The notes beneath the pieces are model-generated. The model had not been told where the DNA came from, made no database searches, and was given only the letters and a program-made list of their open reading frames with translations. Below, one piece after another: positions 36,110 through 52,279 of a stretch of DNA of 64,000 bases. Each line of letters starts with the position of its first letter. Within the stretch, counting starts at the first letter, position 1. A program made the position numbers and the translations under genes. Source of the DNA: Guillardia theta CCMP2712 (lineage: Eukaryota; Protista; Cryptophyta); the NCBI RefSeq assembly GCF_000315625.1, contig NW_005434654.1:66273-130272 (forward strand), given 5' to 3'.

Positions 36110-36709
36110 ATCCCTTGGATGATCTAGTGTACTGTGCTCTCTCTCAATTTCGAGGCATGCAATGAATGTTTTAGCTAGAATCTTTTCTCACGTATTCCAG
36201 TTTTTCAAGATGAAAATGAACTTTAGTCATTGATGAGCATTGATCAGATCATGTTATTCAGGCAGAAAGGGCTGGTTCGAATAAAATCTGAGATGCTCTT
36301 GACTGAAATTTCGAACTGCACTGCGATTTTACACATATCCGGACATATCCGAGCTCCAGTTTTCTCTGCCATGGCTTTTCATTCGCACCATCTATCTGTG
36401 CACGAGTTCAAGGAGCCTGGTTCTCTGAAAGCTCGTGCACGTTTCAACGAACACGTACAAAGATTTTCAAACTAGAGATGTCTTGGCAAGGTATGTACTC
36501 CCCTCTCCCCTCAATCTCTGCTCCCTACACTTCCCCTGCACTGCTGCTACATGTCTCTCGCTTCCTTGCTGCCTGACATCTCCTCCACTCTGCTTCTTCT
36601 GCCTCCATCGCCGCCTTTCACCAGCATTGTGCAGGCAGTGTGAGCGGCAGGAGGCGGCGGGAAATGCTTTAAAAAAAAAGCGTAAAATGAAAAATAAAAA
36701 TCATAACCT

Positions 36710-37560
36710 AGGAGACTCGGGAAGCCGAGGCGCCGCCGTACGCCCGGCGCCGGTCGGATCGGACGGTCCCGAGTACGGTCCCCGGCGGCGAACTTCCGAA
36801 CTGAGTCCACATGCGGCAGTGACGCTCACGCGGCACTGAGTGACACGGCGGCGCGGCAGTGAGGCTTACTACTTACAAGTTCACCTGGGCCCGGTCAGTT
36901 ATACACTGAGTCACTTAGGCGATACCGCATCCCCCTTCATCTTGAAGGACTCTCAGAACTCCAGGCTACCATCGCGTACATGCTCGAACACGACATCATC
37001 GAACCATCCAATCATTAGTGAGTTTGCCTTTCCTGTGCTTTTCAGTCGACGTCCCAACGATCCACGCTCCCCAACTGATCCCAACTTTCAAGCTACCGCT
37101 TTTGCTCAGTGCGACCTTCGCCGCTTGAACCAAGTCGTCGGTCACTGTGTCACCGGGGGCTCACTGGCAGGCTGCCGCAGTGCGGCTCATAGTCCGACGG
37201 ACCGAGGGTGACCGCCCCCGACTCAGACGGTACGGTCCGACCGTCGTGACGGTGGTCATGGTCACGGTGACTCGGTCAGCATCGGACGTGGCGGGAGTCC
37301 GCACCGTGGCACCCCGTTCCAGTGACCGGCCCGGCCCGGGTGCCCGGCGCCCCGGGCCCGGGCCGCCACTGGCAGTGGCCAGGGATCGGACACGGGCCGG
37401 CGCGTCCGACGGTCACTACTGCCTTCTTTACCGTGCTAAGTTACTCAAAGTCACAGGCTCAGGCCGCAAAAGTTAACGGCCTCTATATACATCAGAGTTA
37501 TAAATTCAAACTCTGCTCAGTTACTTTTTTATAGCCTGTCACGGTCGCCGCCGCCGGGCA
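36710..37560. promoter_or_regulatory. GC-rich island 5 (two lobes, between divergent genes)
   Basis: GATCGGACGG at 36757, AACTTCCGA at 36791, TTACTCAAAG at 37441. Confidence 0.5.
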
Positions 37561-37636
37561 ATTGGCAAAAAAGGATTCACCACTAGCAATGATGATACCG
37601 TTCACGGTTCACTGTCAGACTCTTGTTTTTTTTTTT

Positions 37637-37671
<35 letters not shown>

Positions 37672-38000
37672 ATTTCGAAAAGGATCTTTCCTGCCATGCT
37701 GCCTTACGGGGGGTCACCGCACAACATGGTGAAGAGGAGGAGGAGGAGGAGGAGGAGGAGGAGGAGGAGGAGGAGGAAGCTGGGGTCTGGGGGAGGACCG
37801 AGGGCTGGTAATGGGACGAGGGTTGGGGGAGGGGGAGGGGGTGGCAGGGGTAATATGTGCGTGAAGGATGTTGATCCGATATCACGTGGGGACTGGGGTC
37901 AGACAAGGAGGAGAAAGATGCATCGAACAAGGGACGATAGGTGAAAGGAGCAGGAGCAGGAGCAGAATCAAGTGTGCAGGATCGCTACAATCGAGCAGGA

Positions 38001-38442
38001 GATGGATAGGGTTGGGAGGAGGAGGAGGGAGAAGGTGCGAATCGAGACGAGGAGATACTCGGTGAGAGCGTGCGATGTTAGTGGAGTGGACGGAGGACGA
38101 GTCAGAGGGGATTCAAGGAGAGGGAGATCTTTCAAGATAGATGTCTCTCTCTTGTACATTCCAATATTTCCTTGTTCTGAGCACGTTCACGATTCGCAGC
38201 AGCCCTCCTACAATGGAATGCCGTTTGTAAGCAGTGCCCCGTCTACACCTCCATATTACGTCCAGACGGGTTCTTTTAGATCCCAGGTACATCAGTGTTG
38301 CCGTCCCCTGCTCTGGCTTCTTGAACAAACTTCCTCTTGCTCTCACTTACTCCTGCTGATCTCGTCTGTCTTGTGCGATCGGTACAGACATGTGCTGACG
38401 TGAAATCGACCAGATGGGTTCAACCAGCTACGCTGAGATGTT

Positions 38443-38482
<40 letters not shown>

Positions 38483-38950
38483 TCTATCCACACCAACTAC
38501 CCGCGCATGGCGAGCGTGCCGGTGTTCTCTCATGCACAGGTTGAAAGTTCATAGATGAAGGTTTCGTTCTGGACTGAGGCCCCTCCAGTATATCACCCAC
38601 GTGTCTGAACCACCCAACGGTTACTCGTTTCTCAGCTTCCAATCAGCGGAGGAATGTGAGAGTGGAGAGAGGAGGGCAGTCTGAAGTGATGTCATCCGTT
38701 CTGACCCTGACCGATCAGCGTCTGTTGTCGACAACTTCAGTCCAAGGTATCAATTTCCATTGAGAGAGGTATCAAGTTATGAAGGTGACTTGAAACGGAA
38801 CTTGTCTGAGGGCTGAAAACTCTGACAGACTCTTTCCTTGTGCTGGCTGAGGTAATGAGTGCGTTAACGGAGCCAAGCGGCAAACCTGTAGATATTCTCG
38901 ACGAGGTGCTCTGTCAACTGCGAGACTTGGCGTTCTAATCCGATCTCCTT

Positions 38951-38984
<34 letters not shown>

Positions 38985-39265
38985 ATCATTCTCTAACCCC
39001 CCTCTGCTGTTCCTGCCTCTCCTTCTCGATCCTGTCTTCCCATCCCTCCTCCCCCTGCTTCTGTTTCTCTTCTTCCTTCTCCTCCTCCTCCTCCTCCTTC
39101 TCCTCCTCCTCCTCCTCCTCCTCCTCCTCCTCCTCCTCCTCCTGTTCCCTCCAGGCCAGGCACTTCGAGGGCGAGCTCTTGCCAGCGTCTCGCTCTGCCT
39201 CCTTGGACGTGTCTGCCTCTCCCAATCTGTCCCTCTCTTCCAGGTTTGCTTCTAGCACCATGTGA
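38001..39265 (+). CDS. Possible multi-exon hypothetical protein, or 5' exons of the downstream PDZ gene
   Basis: Short exon-like segments flanked by GT/AG and microsatellite-containing introns. No recognisable domain. Confidence 0.3.
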
Positions 39266-39278
39266 TCAAAGACTGAGG

Positions 39279-42200
39279 ATGCGGGGGGCTAGCGGGGCAA
39301 GCGCGAAGGCTCTGGGATCTACATTAGGGATCTGTTTAGAAGTTGGTGGGTCTTGCCCCCGTCGGATTCAGTCCCTGGTCCCTGGCGGTCCCGCACAGAC
39401 AAGTGGGCTGGTGAGTTTGATGCCGGCGGTTGTTGTGTTTGTTGCTACTGCTGCTGCTGTTGATGTTGTCATTGTTGTTGTTGTTGATGATGATGATTTG
39501 AAGGAGGGTAAGGAGGAGGAGAAGGATCATGTGGAGGAGGGCGGGGAAGAAGAGGACACTGGCCTATCATGTTATGGATTCGGATTGAGACTGCTTGAGG
39601 GGTTGATTTTGATTCTGATTGAGATTGCACAACTTGGACGAGAGTCGTCGCAGTGACTGTGTTGGTGTTGTCATGCAGTTGCAAGCTGGGGATGAAATAG
39701 TCTCAGTCGACGGAATCGAGGTTTCAGATACCAGCGGTGGGATCGAACTTGTTCTTGAGACCACGTGTGAACTTGTGGCAGTGATGGAAGTGTTGAGAAA
39801 ACCATCTCCCATCGCCTCCAAGTGTCGGATATGCGGTACTCTCTGTCGCTCCCCGGCGGCCTCGACTGAGCATGCGCAAGTTAACCGGAGAGGCAAGAAG
39901 CTCGACGTCACTCTCCACAGAGCGCACTTTGGGGTAAAAGGGCGAGGGAAGAGGGAGGAGGGAAAGAGGAAGGAGGGGAGGGGAGGGAGGAAGGAGGAGG
40001 GAGGGGAGTGAAATCTGGATGCAGATGGTGAGGGGAGTCAGGAAGCTCTTGGAGATGGTCGACATGCTCGAGACGAACTTGAGACTGCACGTGAGAGGAG
40101 ATGAGCGAGAATACCTCTTGACTGCCTGGCAGGGAGCGCACAAGATCGTCGGATCCTCGCTGGCTGCGATCAGAAGTCAGGTTGTCACGTCCTCTTCCTC
40201 GCGGCATCGGCGGATTTCTGATGGGAGGAGCGACATGGCAGATACTGGAGATGGAGAAACAGCGGTCCTCTCGTGACGTGTCGATCATGCAGACATTCAA
40301 AGCGAAACGAGTGAGGGAGGTGGGAGAGACAGCAGCAGCGTGCTTGACTTGCGCCAGATGTTCATTGCGGAAGGGATTCAGATGCTGCAGCAGTGGATGC
40401 TGTCGGAGAAACTTACAAGAGAAGAGAGGTTGAGTTTGACCCAAGTGATGGACATGTGCGACTGAAAGATGTCACGCAGTATGTCTAAGAGTGCATCTCA
40501 ACATCTCGAGGATTCAGAGGTGTTGGCCCTTGAAGGTGTTCAGATTGAGACTTGTTGGCAGAGCTTGTTGATGGTGGAGGAGGAGAACTCCTGTTTGAAG
40601 TCGGACCTGATTGTGAGATGATTGAAACTTTAATTGTTCTTCTCCTTCTCACGAGATTGAGCAGAAGGCAAGATTGTACATCGAAGAGTTGGAGGTAAAG
40701 AGCTGTTCAGGCATCTTCATGACCGTCTCACCTGTTAATTTTCCTCTGATCGTCGTCTTCTTGTCATTACCTTCTCCCCTCCTTTGTTTCCCCTCCGGCC
40801 GTTAGTCGGAAAGATCGCAGGCGAACGATCGCATGAAGGTAATGTTTGAGCATGTGGCGAGAGAGAGAGANNNNNNNNNNNNNNNNNNNNNNNNNNNNNN
40901 NNNNNNNNNNNNNNNNNNNNNNNNNNNNNNNNNNNNNNNNNNNNNNNNNNNNNNNNNNNNNNNNNNNNNNNNNNNNNNNNNNNNNNNNNNNNNNNNNNNN
41001 NNNNNNNNNNNNNNNNNNNNNNNNNNNNNNNNNNNNNNNNNNNNNNNNNNNNNNNNNNNNNNNNNNNNNNNNNNNNNNNNNNNNNNNNNNNNNNNNNNNN
41101 NNNNNNNNNNNNNNNNNNNNNNNNNNNNNNNNNNNNNNNNNNNNNNNNNNNNNNNNNNNNNNNNNNNNNNNNNNNNNNNNNNNNNNNNNNNNNNNNNNNN
41201 NNNNNNNNNNNNNNNNNNNNNNNNNNNNNNNNNNNNNNNNNNNNNNNNNNNNNNNNNNNNNNNNNNNNNNNNNNNNNNNNNNNNNNNNNNNNNNNNNNNN
41301 NNNNNNNNNNNNNNNNNNNNNNNNNNNNNNNNNNNNNNNNNNNNNNNNNNNNNNNNNNNNNNNNNNNNNNNNNNNNNATCTTCTCCTGTCCTTATTCGTC
41401 CTGCCATCCTGCCTTCTTCCGGGGTCCTACTCACGGTTATAGGGGATCCTCATGCGCGGATTTTATTTTATACCATAAGGGGCCGGGGGAGCGGCGAAAA
41501 ACAGGGAGTCGAACCCGAAAACCTCAGGCACCGGTTAAAACCCATTGCCGATCCAGGGCCACCAATCTCTTTACAACCCTTAGCGCACCTCAATATCGTG
41601 AAGAGTTGTGAACAACCAGCCCCATTTCCGTTTATGGCACCCTCGTGTACTTTCTGTCGCTCCCCGGAGGCCTTAGAATGAGCATGCGCAAGTTAACCGG
41701 AGAGGCAAGAAGCTTGCGGGATGGTAAGGAGAGGATGGACGGGGCGGGACGGAAGGTAGGGGAGGGGGGAGGATGGAGATGAGAGGAAAGGAAGGGGAGG
41801 AGAGGGAGGAGAGAAAAAAAGCCGACGAGCTTCACAGGATCTCGAACGCTCGCTGGAGGAGACGAAGAAAGAGATAGAGGCGACACTGATGGAGATGGCG
41901 AGGAAGGAGGAACTGAAAAAGCTTGAGGTGAGCAGACGGCGACCAGGAATGAAAAGGGAGAAGCATGACGAGGAGGACGAGGGGGAGGACATGGAGGTGG
42001 TAAACGAACAGGAGGGAGGGGGGAGGAGCAAGAGGAAAACCATTGGGACTGCCTGAGAACTCAACAGATAAATATTGCGAAGGAGGCTGATGAGGAGAAG
42101 ACCAAGCTAACGCGAGAAGAGGTCAGACAGCACAAGCAGGAGGAGGAGGAGGGGAGCGAGGGTCCAACTACCTTGTCAGATGCGGCGGATGGAAGAGAAG

Positions 42201-42884
42201 CTAGGAGCTGCGGAGAGGTCGGAAGCAGACATGAGGGAGAAGGTAAGACGAGGAGGAGGGGGAGGAGGAGGAGGAGGAGGCGGAGGAGGAGGAGGAGCCG
42301 GATGGTACTGAGGGCTGGCCAGGCGAAGGCAGCGGAGGAGAAGGCAGGGAGGAGTCAAGCAGAAGCAGAGGTAGAGGAGGGAGAGCGAGAAGGAGGAGAG
42401 GGGCTGAGAGAGGCGGGCGGGCAGGAGGCGAGGAAGGACGCGGAGAGGGTACGGGAAGAGCTGCGGAGAGCAGAGGAGGATAAGGAGAAGCTGAGGAGGG
42501 AGGTAAGAGGAGGGCGAGGAGGAGGGCGAGGAAGGGGTTGCTCTATTCTTGACTGGATGGAATAGGTATTGGCGCAAAATTCGACGATCTGTTCGCTCGA
42601 GGAGGAGAAGAGAAATGGGAAAGTAAGTCTCAAATATCAGATGGGTGGGGATCGGGGCGTTCTAGGATGGAGATGAGGAAATGCTATTATTGGAGAGGAG
42701 GAGGAGGAGGAGGAGGAGGAGGAGGAGGAGAGAAGCTAAGAAGCGTTGTAACAGGTGGCGGAGGAGAATCTTGTAACTCGTTGTGAAGGTGATATGTCTT
42801 GTTGTTGATGTGGCTCTGATTCCTTGCAGTGCTTGCGTCGAGTAACGAGGAGAAGAGTCATCATCTGAACAACGTAATAGAATA

Positions 42885-42924
<40 letters not shown>

Positions 42925-43261
42925 GCTTGGGTGGGGGGATGGGCGCTGTTCAGATCGGTGATAACCATCTTCCCCTCCTTCTCCCCCTCGCCTCCTGCTG
43001 CTCAGCTTCCTCCTCCCGCGCATCATGTAGCTGTCTAGCTGTCTCGGTGATCGATCACATTACAAGTTGACTGTCTGTTTACAGATTCAAAGTAGCTGCA
43101 AGCTCATCTTGCAAGATTTCACCAGCGCCATGGGAGAAGTACAAGGCAAGACGATTACAAGAGCCTGCCTTGCTATCTCGTTGACTAGAATTGTGTTTCA
43201 GATCTGCAAGAAGAGATTGATGGTCTTCTCAAGATGAGATCTTCTTTCGAGCAAGAGTTTG
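39279..43261 (+). CDS. PDZ domain + long coiled-coil protein, multi-exon, interrupted by a gap
   Basis: TLGICLEVGGSCPRRIQSLVPGGPAQTSGL|LQAGDEIVSVDG, followed by many E/R/K-rich exons. Confidence 0.6.
40871..41377. other. Assembly gap (N run)
   Basis: About 507 N. Confidence 1.
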
Positions 43262-43492
43262 CAGCGGCGAGAAAATCTTGATGTTTGTTGCATCTTTGCA
43301 AGAAAGTTGCAACGTGGGGAGTTATCTTGCAACGATGTTGAATGTCGTCAGAGAGCATGAGGAGGAACTATCCTCGATGTGTTGATGACAACATTGGGAT
43401 GAAAGAGTATTTCATCATGGGAGACGATTATATGAAATATTATTTCATCGTGGAGAAGAATGAACATATTTTACATCTGCATTTTGCCTCCT

Positions 43493-46541
<3,049 letters not shown>

Positions 46542-47589
46542 CCTACAGCACATGAACCAAGACGCGATGCAAACCTGCGACAATCGTCATTCTTGACTTG
46601 ACCACGAAGACAATCAAATCGAGAAGAATCGAACATCTGTTCACACGTTCCTCATATCGATCTCTACATTCTATGCATCACTCCAGCACCTGCAGTAGTC
46701 TACCTCGCACGAAACAAACCGCTCGGTATCTGGTATATACACGATCCATGGAGCAATATCACTGCGGAGTTCGCAAATCAAGTGGTTCGCGACTCTCAAC
46801 CATGTTAGCATGCATCGATCAAGGATCTAACACTTGTTCAGACTTCTTGCCTGCTATTATTATCTAGTCATGTACTCGCCCTCATCTACTGCAACAGTCT
46901 GTCTGTACATGTAGACCGGTTGTGCATGATACCTCCCACGGCTCCTTTGGACTGCAAACCTTGGAGCAGCTATCTGCTACTTCATAAGGGGGCTCTTGCT
47001 TCTTGTAGCACTTGTATCTCATCGTATACAACTAGAGACACGTTCTATCTCTTGCTGTTCTCCTCTCCCCACCTCTATCCCCCTCGTCTCGACCGTCCCT
47101 TTCCTCCCCTTAGGATGCGCCAACACTTGCGTCCTAAACCTTCTAAAGGGGCCGGCACCACCGGTACTTGTATGGTAATCTACTGCTCAAAGCACCGGTA
47201 CTCACTTATATGTTCCAAGGGAGACTACCGGTCATTTTCCCTGTGCGAGATACTTCGCGGAGCTTCCATTTGGGGAGCAACCAGGGGTGGCGGTACCGTG
47301 TACTACCCCCACCCAACCGTGTCACAAACTGAAGCTCTTTTGAAGTACCGGTATCTTGAACATGATGTTTTGGTCAAAGATAGGGGTACGGTGACTCTGA
47401 ATGGATCAGGGGGTAGTGAATCGTAGAAACTTGCAAGAGCCTAAAATATATTATCGACAGGGGTCTTCATAAAACATCTGAGGACTACCCCTACCCCAAG
47501 ACTCGAAATGAATATTAGGACGATTAGGTGGGACATAGCATGTAGCTGATGAATAGCAATACCCTTGGCTGCCGAAAACAGTTTTTCGA

Positions 47590-48470
47590 AAGGCAGGAGT
47601 CCGACGTCAGTGCGGACTCCCCGGCGGATTCCCGGACCGCCAGGCGGGAGTCCGTGACTGGCAGGCACGGTCACACGGTCACGGCTTGGCCGGGGCCCGG
47701 GCCTGGCCGGCCGCCGCCCTCACTGTCAGGGCCTGGTGACCGTCACGCGGCGCGGCGTCGGAAGTTCGGGCCTGCCGCGCGGCTGACGACTCAGGGCCGA
47801 CTGCCGCAGTGCACTGAGGAGTCCGGTACGCCGTCCGCGGCCCCCCCCCCCGGCGGCGCCGCCCGGCCGGCGCCGGTGTCCGGCCCCCGGGACTGCCAGG
47901 CTTGCCAGCCCTCACGGGTGACCGGACTCCACGGTCAATACCGTGATGATACCGTACTGCCAGGCTGAGTGCAGTCGGCCTGAGTGCCGAGCGTACCGTA
48001 CGGTAGTACGGTCGGTGAGCTCCGAGGCTCCGGAGTACGGTCCGACCGGGTCACCAGTCCCGGAGTCAACTTCCGAAGTTCCGGCGCCGGGGCTGCTGGG
48101 CCGCAAACCGTGAACCGTTTCCGACACTGGCCAGGCTGGGCGGCCTGACTCAGTGAGGCAGACGGTACGGTCACCACGCGGGCCGCCGGTGCGTGGCAGT
48201 CCCGGCCGATGATCACGGATGACTCCCCGGGCCTGAGAGTCCGAGCCCGGAACCGTTCCGGTCACTGTGTCCGCGTGGCGGCAACCGTTGACTCGAACTG
48301 TACGGTCACCGCTGCCACAGTGATACGTGACTTCACCGTGGCACGGTGGCACGGTGTCGGACCGCGGCCCGGCCCGCCGGGCCGGGCCCGCCGCGGCCGC
48401 CGTGACGGTTTATTACTCAAATAATACCGGGCCGGGCCGCGCTGAGCCTCGGAGTCTCGGAACGGACTCG
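47590..48470. promoter_or_regulatory. GC-rich island 6 (longest continuous one; between divergent carrier and GSIII genes)
   Basis: TCGGAAGTT at 47758, AACTTCCGAAGTT at 48068, TTACTCAAA at 48413. Confidence 0.5.
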
Positions 48471-48907
48471 CAGGATTAGAAGCTTTTAAAAGTCACAGCG
48501 CCTTCTGAATTGCTACAAAGGCCTCGAACTAGAGGCTCTTGAAAAAACCAAAATGTGAAAAGAAATGTTTTCGATTACGAACCGAAACATTTAGATGTGA
48601 CTACCCCACCTTGATACCGAAAATGGTCACCACCGGTGATGCACATAGCCTCGTGGGAAAACTTCACCAGTTGTGCGAAGCTCGAACCCCGAAAAGCTTT
48701 AGCTTGCATGGCCAATGGCGAGCGGGATGGTCGGGTACGGAGGTCCGGAAGCCGAGGAGGAGGCTCCTACTGAAAGACTCGAGCTACGTCCTCTCTTTCT
48801 TAGTTGCCTGCTTCCTCTCTGAAGACTGTATCTCCCCCCTCGATCGCCTCTGCCGCCACGACGGTCTTTTGTCATTGCTGACTACCGTGATCGTTGGAGC
48901 AAGAGCC

Positions 48908-51886
48908 ATGGGGTGCGGGTCATCTAAACACGTGCGAGAAGACAGAGAGGAGAAGTCAAAGACGTTTGACGACAGTTCTCTACTCTCCGTTCCGAATGGG
49001 AACGTCAACGATGTGGAAATCAAGCCAGCGATCATTATTCAAGATTACAATGACAAGTCAAATACTTCACATGTCAAGTCTGCCCTCTCAACAGTCCCAA
49101 CGCCTTCATTGCAGAAGAGCGTGGAAAAGAACAAAGGGGTTGAAACAAAACGAGATGTGACCAACGGCAGATCTGAGGAGAGTGTAGAAAGGAAGGCACC
49201 TGCCCCGAAAGCGCATTCGGCGATGCCATCGGCTGACAGTACACCCAAACCGAGTCAGAGCAGCTTGCCGAAACAAGATGTTGTAGTGTCTCAACAAGGT
49301 TGGAGGGCTGATGAAGGGCATCCCTTTGCAAGCTATGGGTCTAAATGTTTCATCGGAGCTGTAGCAGATGAGGTGGGTGGGTTGGGATGGCATAGAGTTC
49401 ATGGGATGATTATGGTTGGTCGGCAGTTTCTGTCCAAGTTCGGAGGGACATATGAGATGATGAAAGATAACACGTGGCCTGAGTCACCGGAGAAGTCAGA
49501 GATTGGTTTGTGAATGTTATTGTGTTCAACATATGATCGTGCTGATTCCTGTGCTGAAGTGGCCGCTGCGATCATGGAATGGGGGAAAGCAAACGAGGCG
49601 ACTGTGTTTGCCCACTGGTTCCAGCCGCTCGCCTCGTTAGTCATGCTTGCCGTGCTAATCCGATCTCTGACATTTGATGACCTTGTATAGGTCTGGACTC
49701 CGACATGGCCAGACAGGGCAAGTGAGTAACCGAACGAGTAAGAAGAGGAGGGGAGAGCTGAGATCAGTCTCAGGTCCATAATCACTTCTTCACCTTCGAT
49801 GCAGCCGGGCGGAGAAAGTTCAGTTTCAAGTCGGCTGATCTTCTCCGGGGAGAGACTGACGGGTCGTCTTATCCCAACGGTGGTCTTCGGGGTAGCAACA
49901 CCTGATTTGTCAAGGTAACAAGAGTTGACGAGTTTGCGAGCAGGAACACATCATGCGGGGGCGTACACTGTGATAGACTCTACTTCACCGATGTTCATGA
50001 TGGAAGACACCATCTACATCCCCTCGTGATGGCGACATCTGACTATGACGCGTGCCTGACGCTCCGTTACAGCATCATGCTTTCATATGAAGGGAAGGCT
50101 CTGGATGAGAAGGTCCCCCTCCTACGCTCAGAGCAGGTAGAGTTCAACAGCATGCGGCCTCTCGCCGAGCCTGCTCCTGCCCTCATGCTCGTCCTCCGCA
50201 TGCCTCCTGCTCTCCTGCTCTCCTGCTCTCCTTCTCCACATGCTCACCCGTCCCGTCCCCCTCCCTGGGTGTTTCTCTCATGCTACTGCAGGCCATGTCA
50301 GCTCAGTGCGCAAGGCTGCTCAAGCTCATGGGGCATACGACTGCTGGGGTTCAGTCCAACATCGGGCTGGAGCAAGAGTTCTTCCTCATCCCTCGCGATT
50401 CGTACGACCGCAGGCCAGACTTGCAGCAGTGCGGGCGAACGATCCTGGGCAAGATGCCGGTGAGCTGCTGCCTGCCGCATTGATGCTCCTCTGATCGCAT
50501 GTGCTGCAGCCTCGAGGGCAGGAGATGTGCGACCACTACATGGCGCCGCTGAACCAGCATGCGCTCAACTGCCTGCGCGAGATCCAGCACGAGGCGTTCA
50601 AGCTCGGCATCCCCCTCAAGACCAGGCACAGGGAAGTGGCTCCGAACCAGTACGAGATGGCTCCCTACTTCGGCCACGTGACCTCTCAGATCGACCAGAA
50701 CCTGCTCGTGATGCAGCTCTGCGAGGAGATCGCGGCCAAGTACGAGCTGGCGGCGCTCTTCCAGGAGAAGCCCTTCAGCGGAGTCAATGGGAGCGGGAAG
50801 CACAACAACTGGTCGCTGGGAACCAAGGAAGGGCTGAACCTCATGAATGCGGGGCAAGTGGCGGAGGTGACGGGGAACTTGGATATCTTCCCTGTGCTCA
50901 TAGCTGCTGTGGTGACTGCGGTGGACAAGCACAGCGACCTGATGAGAGCAGCCATCGCTGACCCCGGCAACGACTTTCGCCTGGGAGCCATGGAGGCTCC
51001 TCCTTCCATCATCTCGACGTACCTCGGGGATAGCCTGACGGAGTACCTGGAGGGCTTCAAGGGGGGGAAGAGAGGCGAGTACAAGCCCAAGCCTCGCACT
51101 GTCGACACGGGATGCGACCTCTTCGGAACCCTCGAGGTCCCCACGGAGGACCGCAACCGCACCTCTCCCTTCCCCTACGGAGGCCATCGCTTCGAGTTCC
51201 GCGCGGTCGGCTCGGCTCAGAACGTTTCCATGGTCAACACAGTGCTCAACACCATCTGCGCGGACGCGTTCAAGGAGTTTGCGGACAAGATCGAGGGAGG
51301 CATGAAGGCTGATGACGTGGCGGCCGAGGCCCTCAAGGAGCACTGGAAGATCATCTTCAACGGCAACGGCTACTCCGAAGAGTGGAAGGCGGAGGCAGGC
51401 AAGCGCGGCCTGTGCCGCATCGACAGCGGGGTGGAGGCGATGGAGCAGCTGGGAGCCGAGAAGAATCTGGAGATGTTCGCCAAGCTCGGGGTGATGTCCA
51501 AGGAGGAGCTCTTGGCTCGCCGAGACATCGCCCTCCAGCACTACACCGGGCTGGTGGAGATCGAGGCAGGATGCATGATCGACATGATCACGCAGAACAT
51601 CGTGCCTTCGGTGAAGGAGACAGGCATCAGCACCGCTCAGATGGAGGCAGAGTGCGCCAAGGTGAAGGCCAAGTACGAGGAGCTTGAGCACGAGGAGGAC
51701 CCCCTGAAGAAGGCGAAGATTGCTCGGGAGCTCCGCCTGGACGTCATGGCCAAAGCAAGGAAAGTGGTGGATGACGTCGAGTCCATCTGCCCCGCTAAGA
51801 GCTGGCCGTTTGCTACCTACCGCGACCTCCTCTTCCTCGATCAGAACCAGGGGCACAAGAGCAGGAAGTTCCTGCCTGGGCGATGA
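48908..51886 (+). CDS. glnN: Glutamine synthetase type III with an N-terminal MGCGSS extension, multi-exon
   Basis: FAHWFQPL, GETDGSSYPNGGLR, IGLEQEFFLI, GQEMCDHY, KTRHREVAPNQYEMAP, EKPFSGVNGSGKHNNWS, NDFRLGAMEAPP, DRNRTSPFPYGGHRFEFRAVGS, WPFATYRDLLF. Confidence 0.93.
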
Positions 51887-52279
51887 CGTTGACAGCTATT
51901 GATTTGATTCTTTTCTGTGTGTTTTTTGCATCCTCTCCTCTTCCTTCTCCTCACTTTCTCCCTCTGCTCCTCCCCTCCATGTTCCTCTATTAATACCGCG
52001 GATCTCGATAGTTTCCGAACTCGTCGATCTCCACCCGTGAAGTGAAATACGCGTCTGCCTCCTCCAGCTTGTTTTCTCCCTCGAGCATGAAACTCCCGTG
52101 CTCCTGTCTGCCATGTCAGCCTTCCACTCTCGTCTCTCCTGCTCCTTCTCCCGTTCCTTCCCCTTCCTCTGCTCCCTCTCCTTGCCTCCCTGCCTCCCTG
52201 CCTCGTTTTCCTACAGCTTCCTCCTCGTTCTTGATCTTCCATCCTTTCGTTCTCGCATTCTTGCACTCCTGCTCCCTCC

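Noticed and set aside
41378-41715. Second copy of about 65 bp from 39837-39902 (..TGTCGCTCCCCGG..GAGCATGCGCAAGTTAACCGGAGAGGCAAGAAGCT), with similarity decaying toward the gap
   Set aside because: It sits at a contig end beside an N gap and degrades progressively, as a low-quality or mixed read end would. More likely an assembly artefact than a real duplication. Long reads would settle it.
47549-48424. Pro/Gly/Arg-rich ORFs within the GC islands
   Set aside because: Open in several frames because high GC depletes stop codons. No domain, splice pattern or coding-like composition.
50351-51856. 501-aa minus-strand ORF (likewise 59249-60322 +, 22765-23409 -, 26085-26813 -)
   Set aside because: Antisense shadows of GC3-rich real genes (GSIII, TBC, LCIB-ANK, SEC10).
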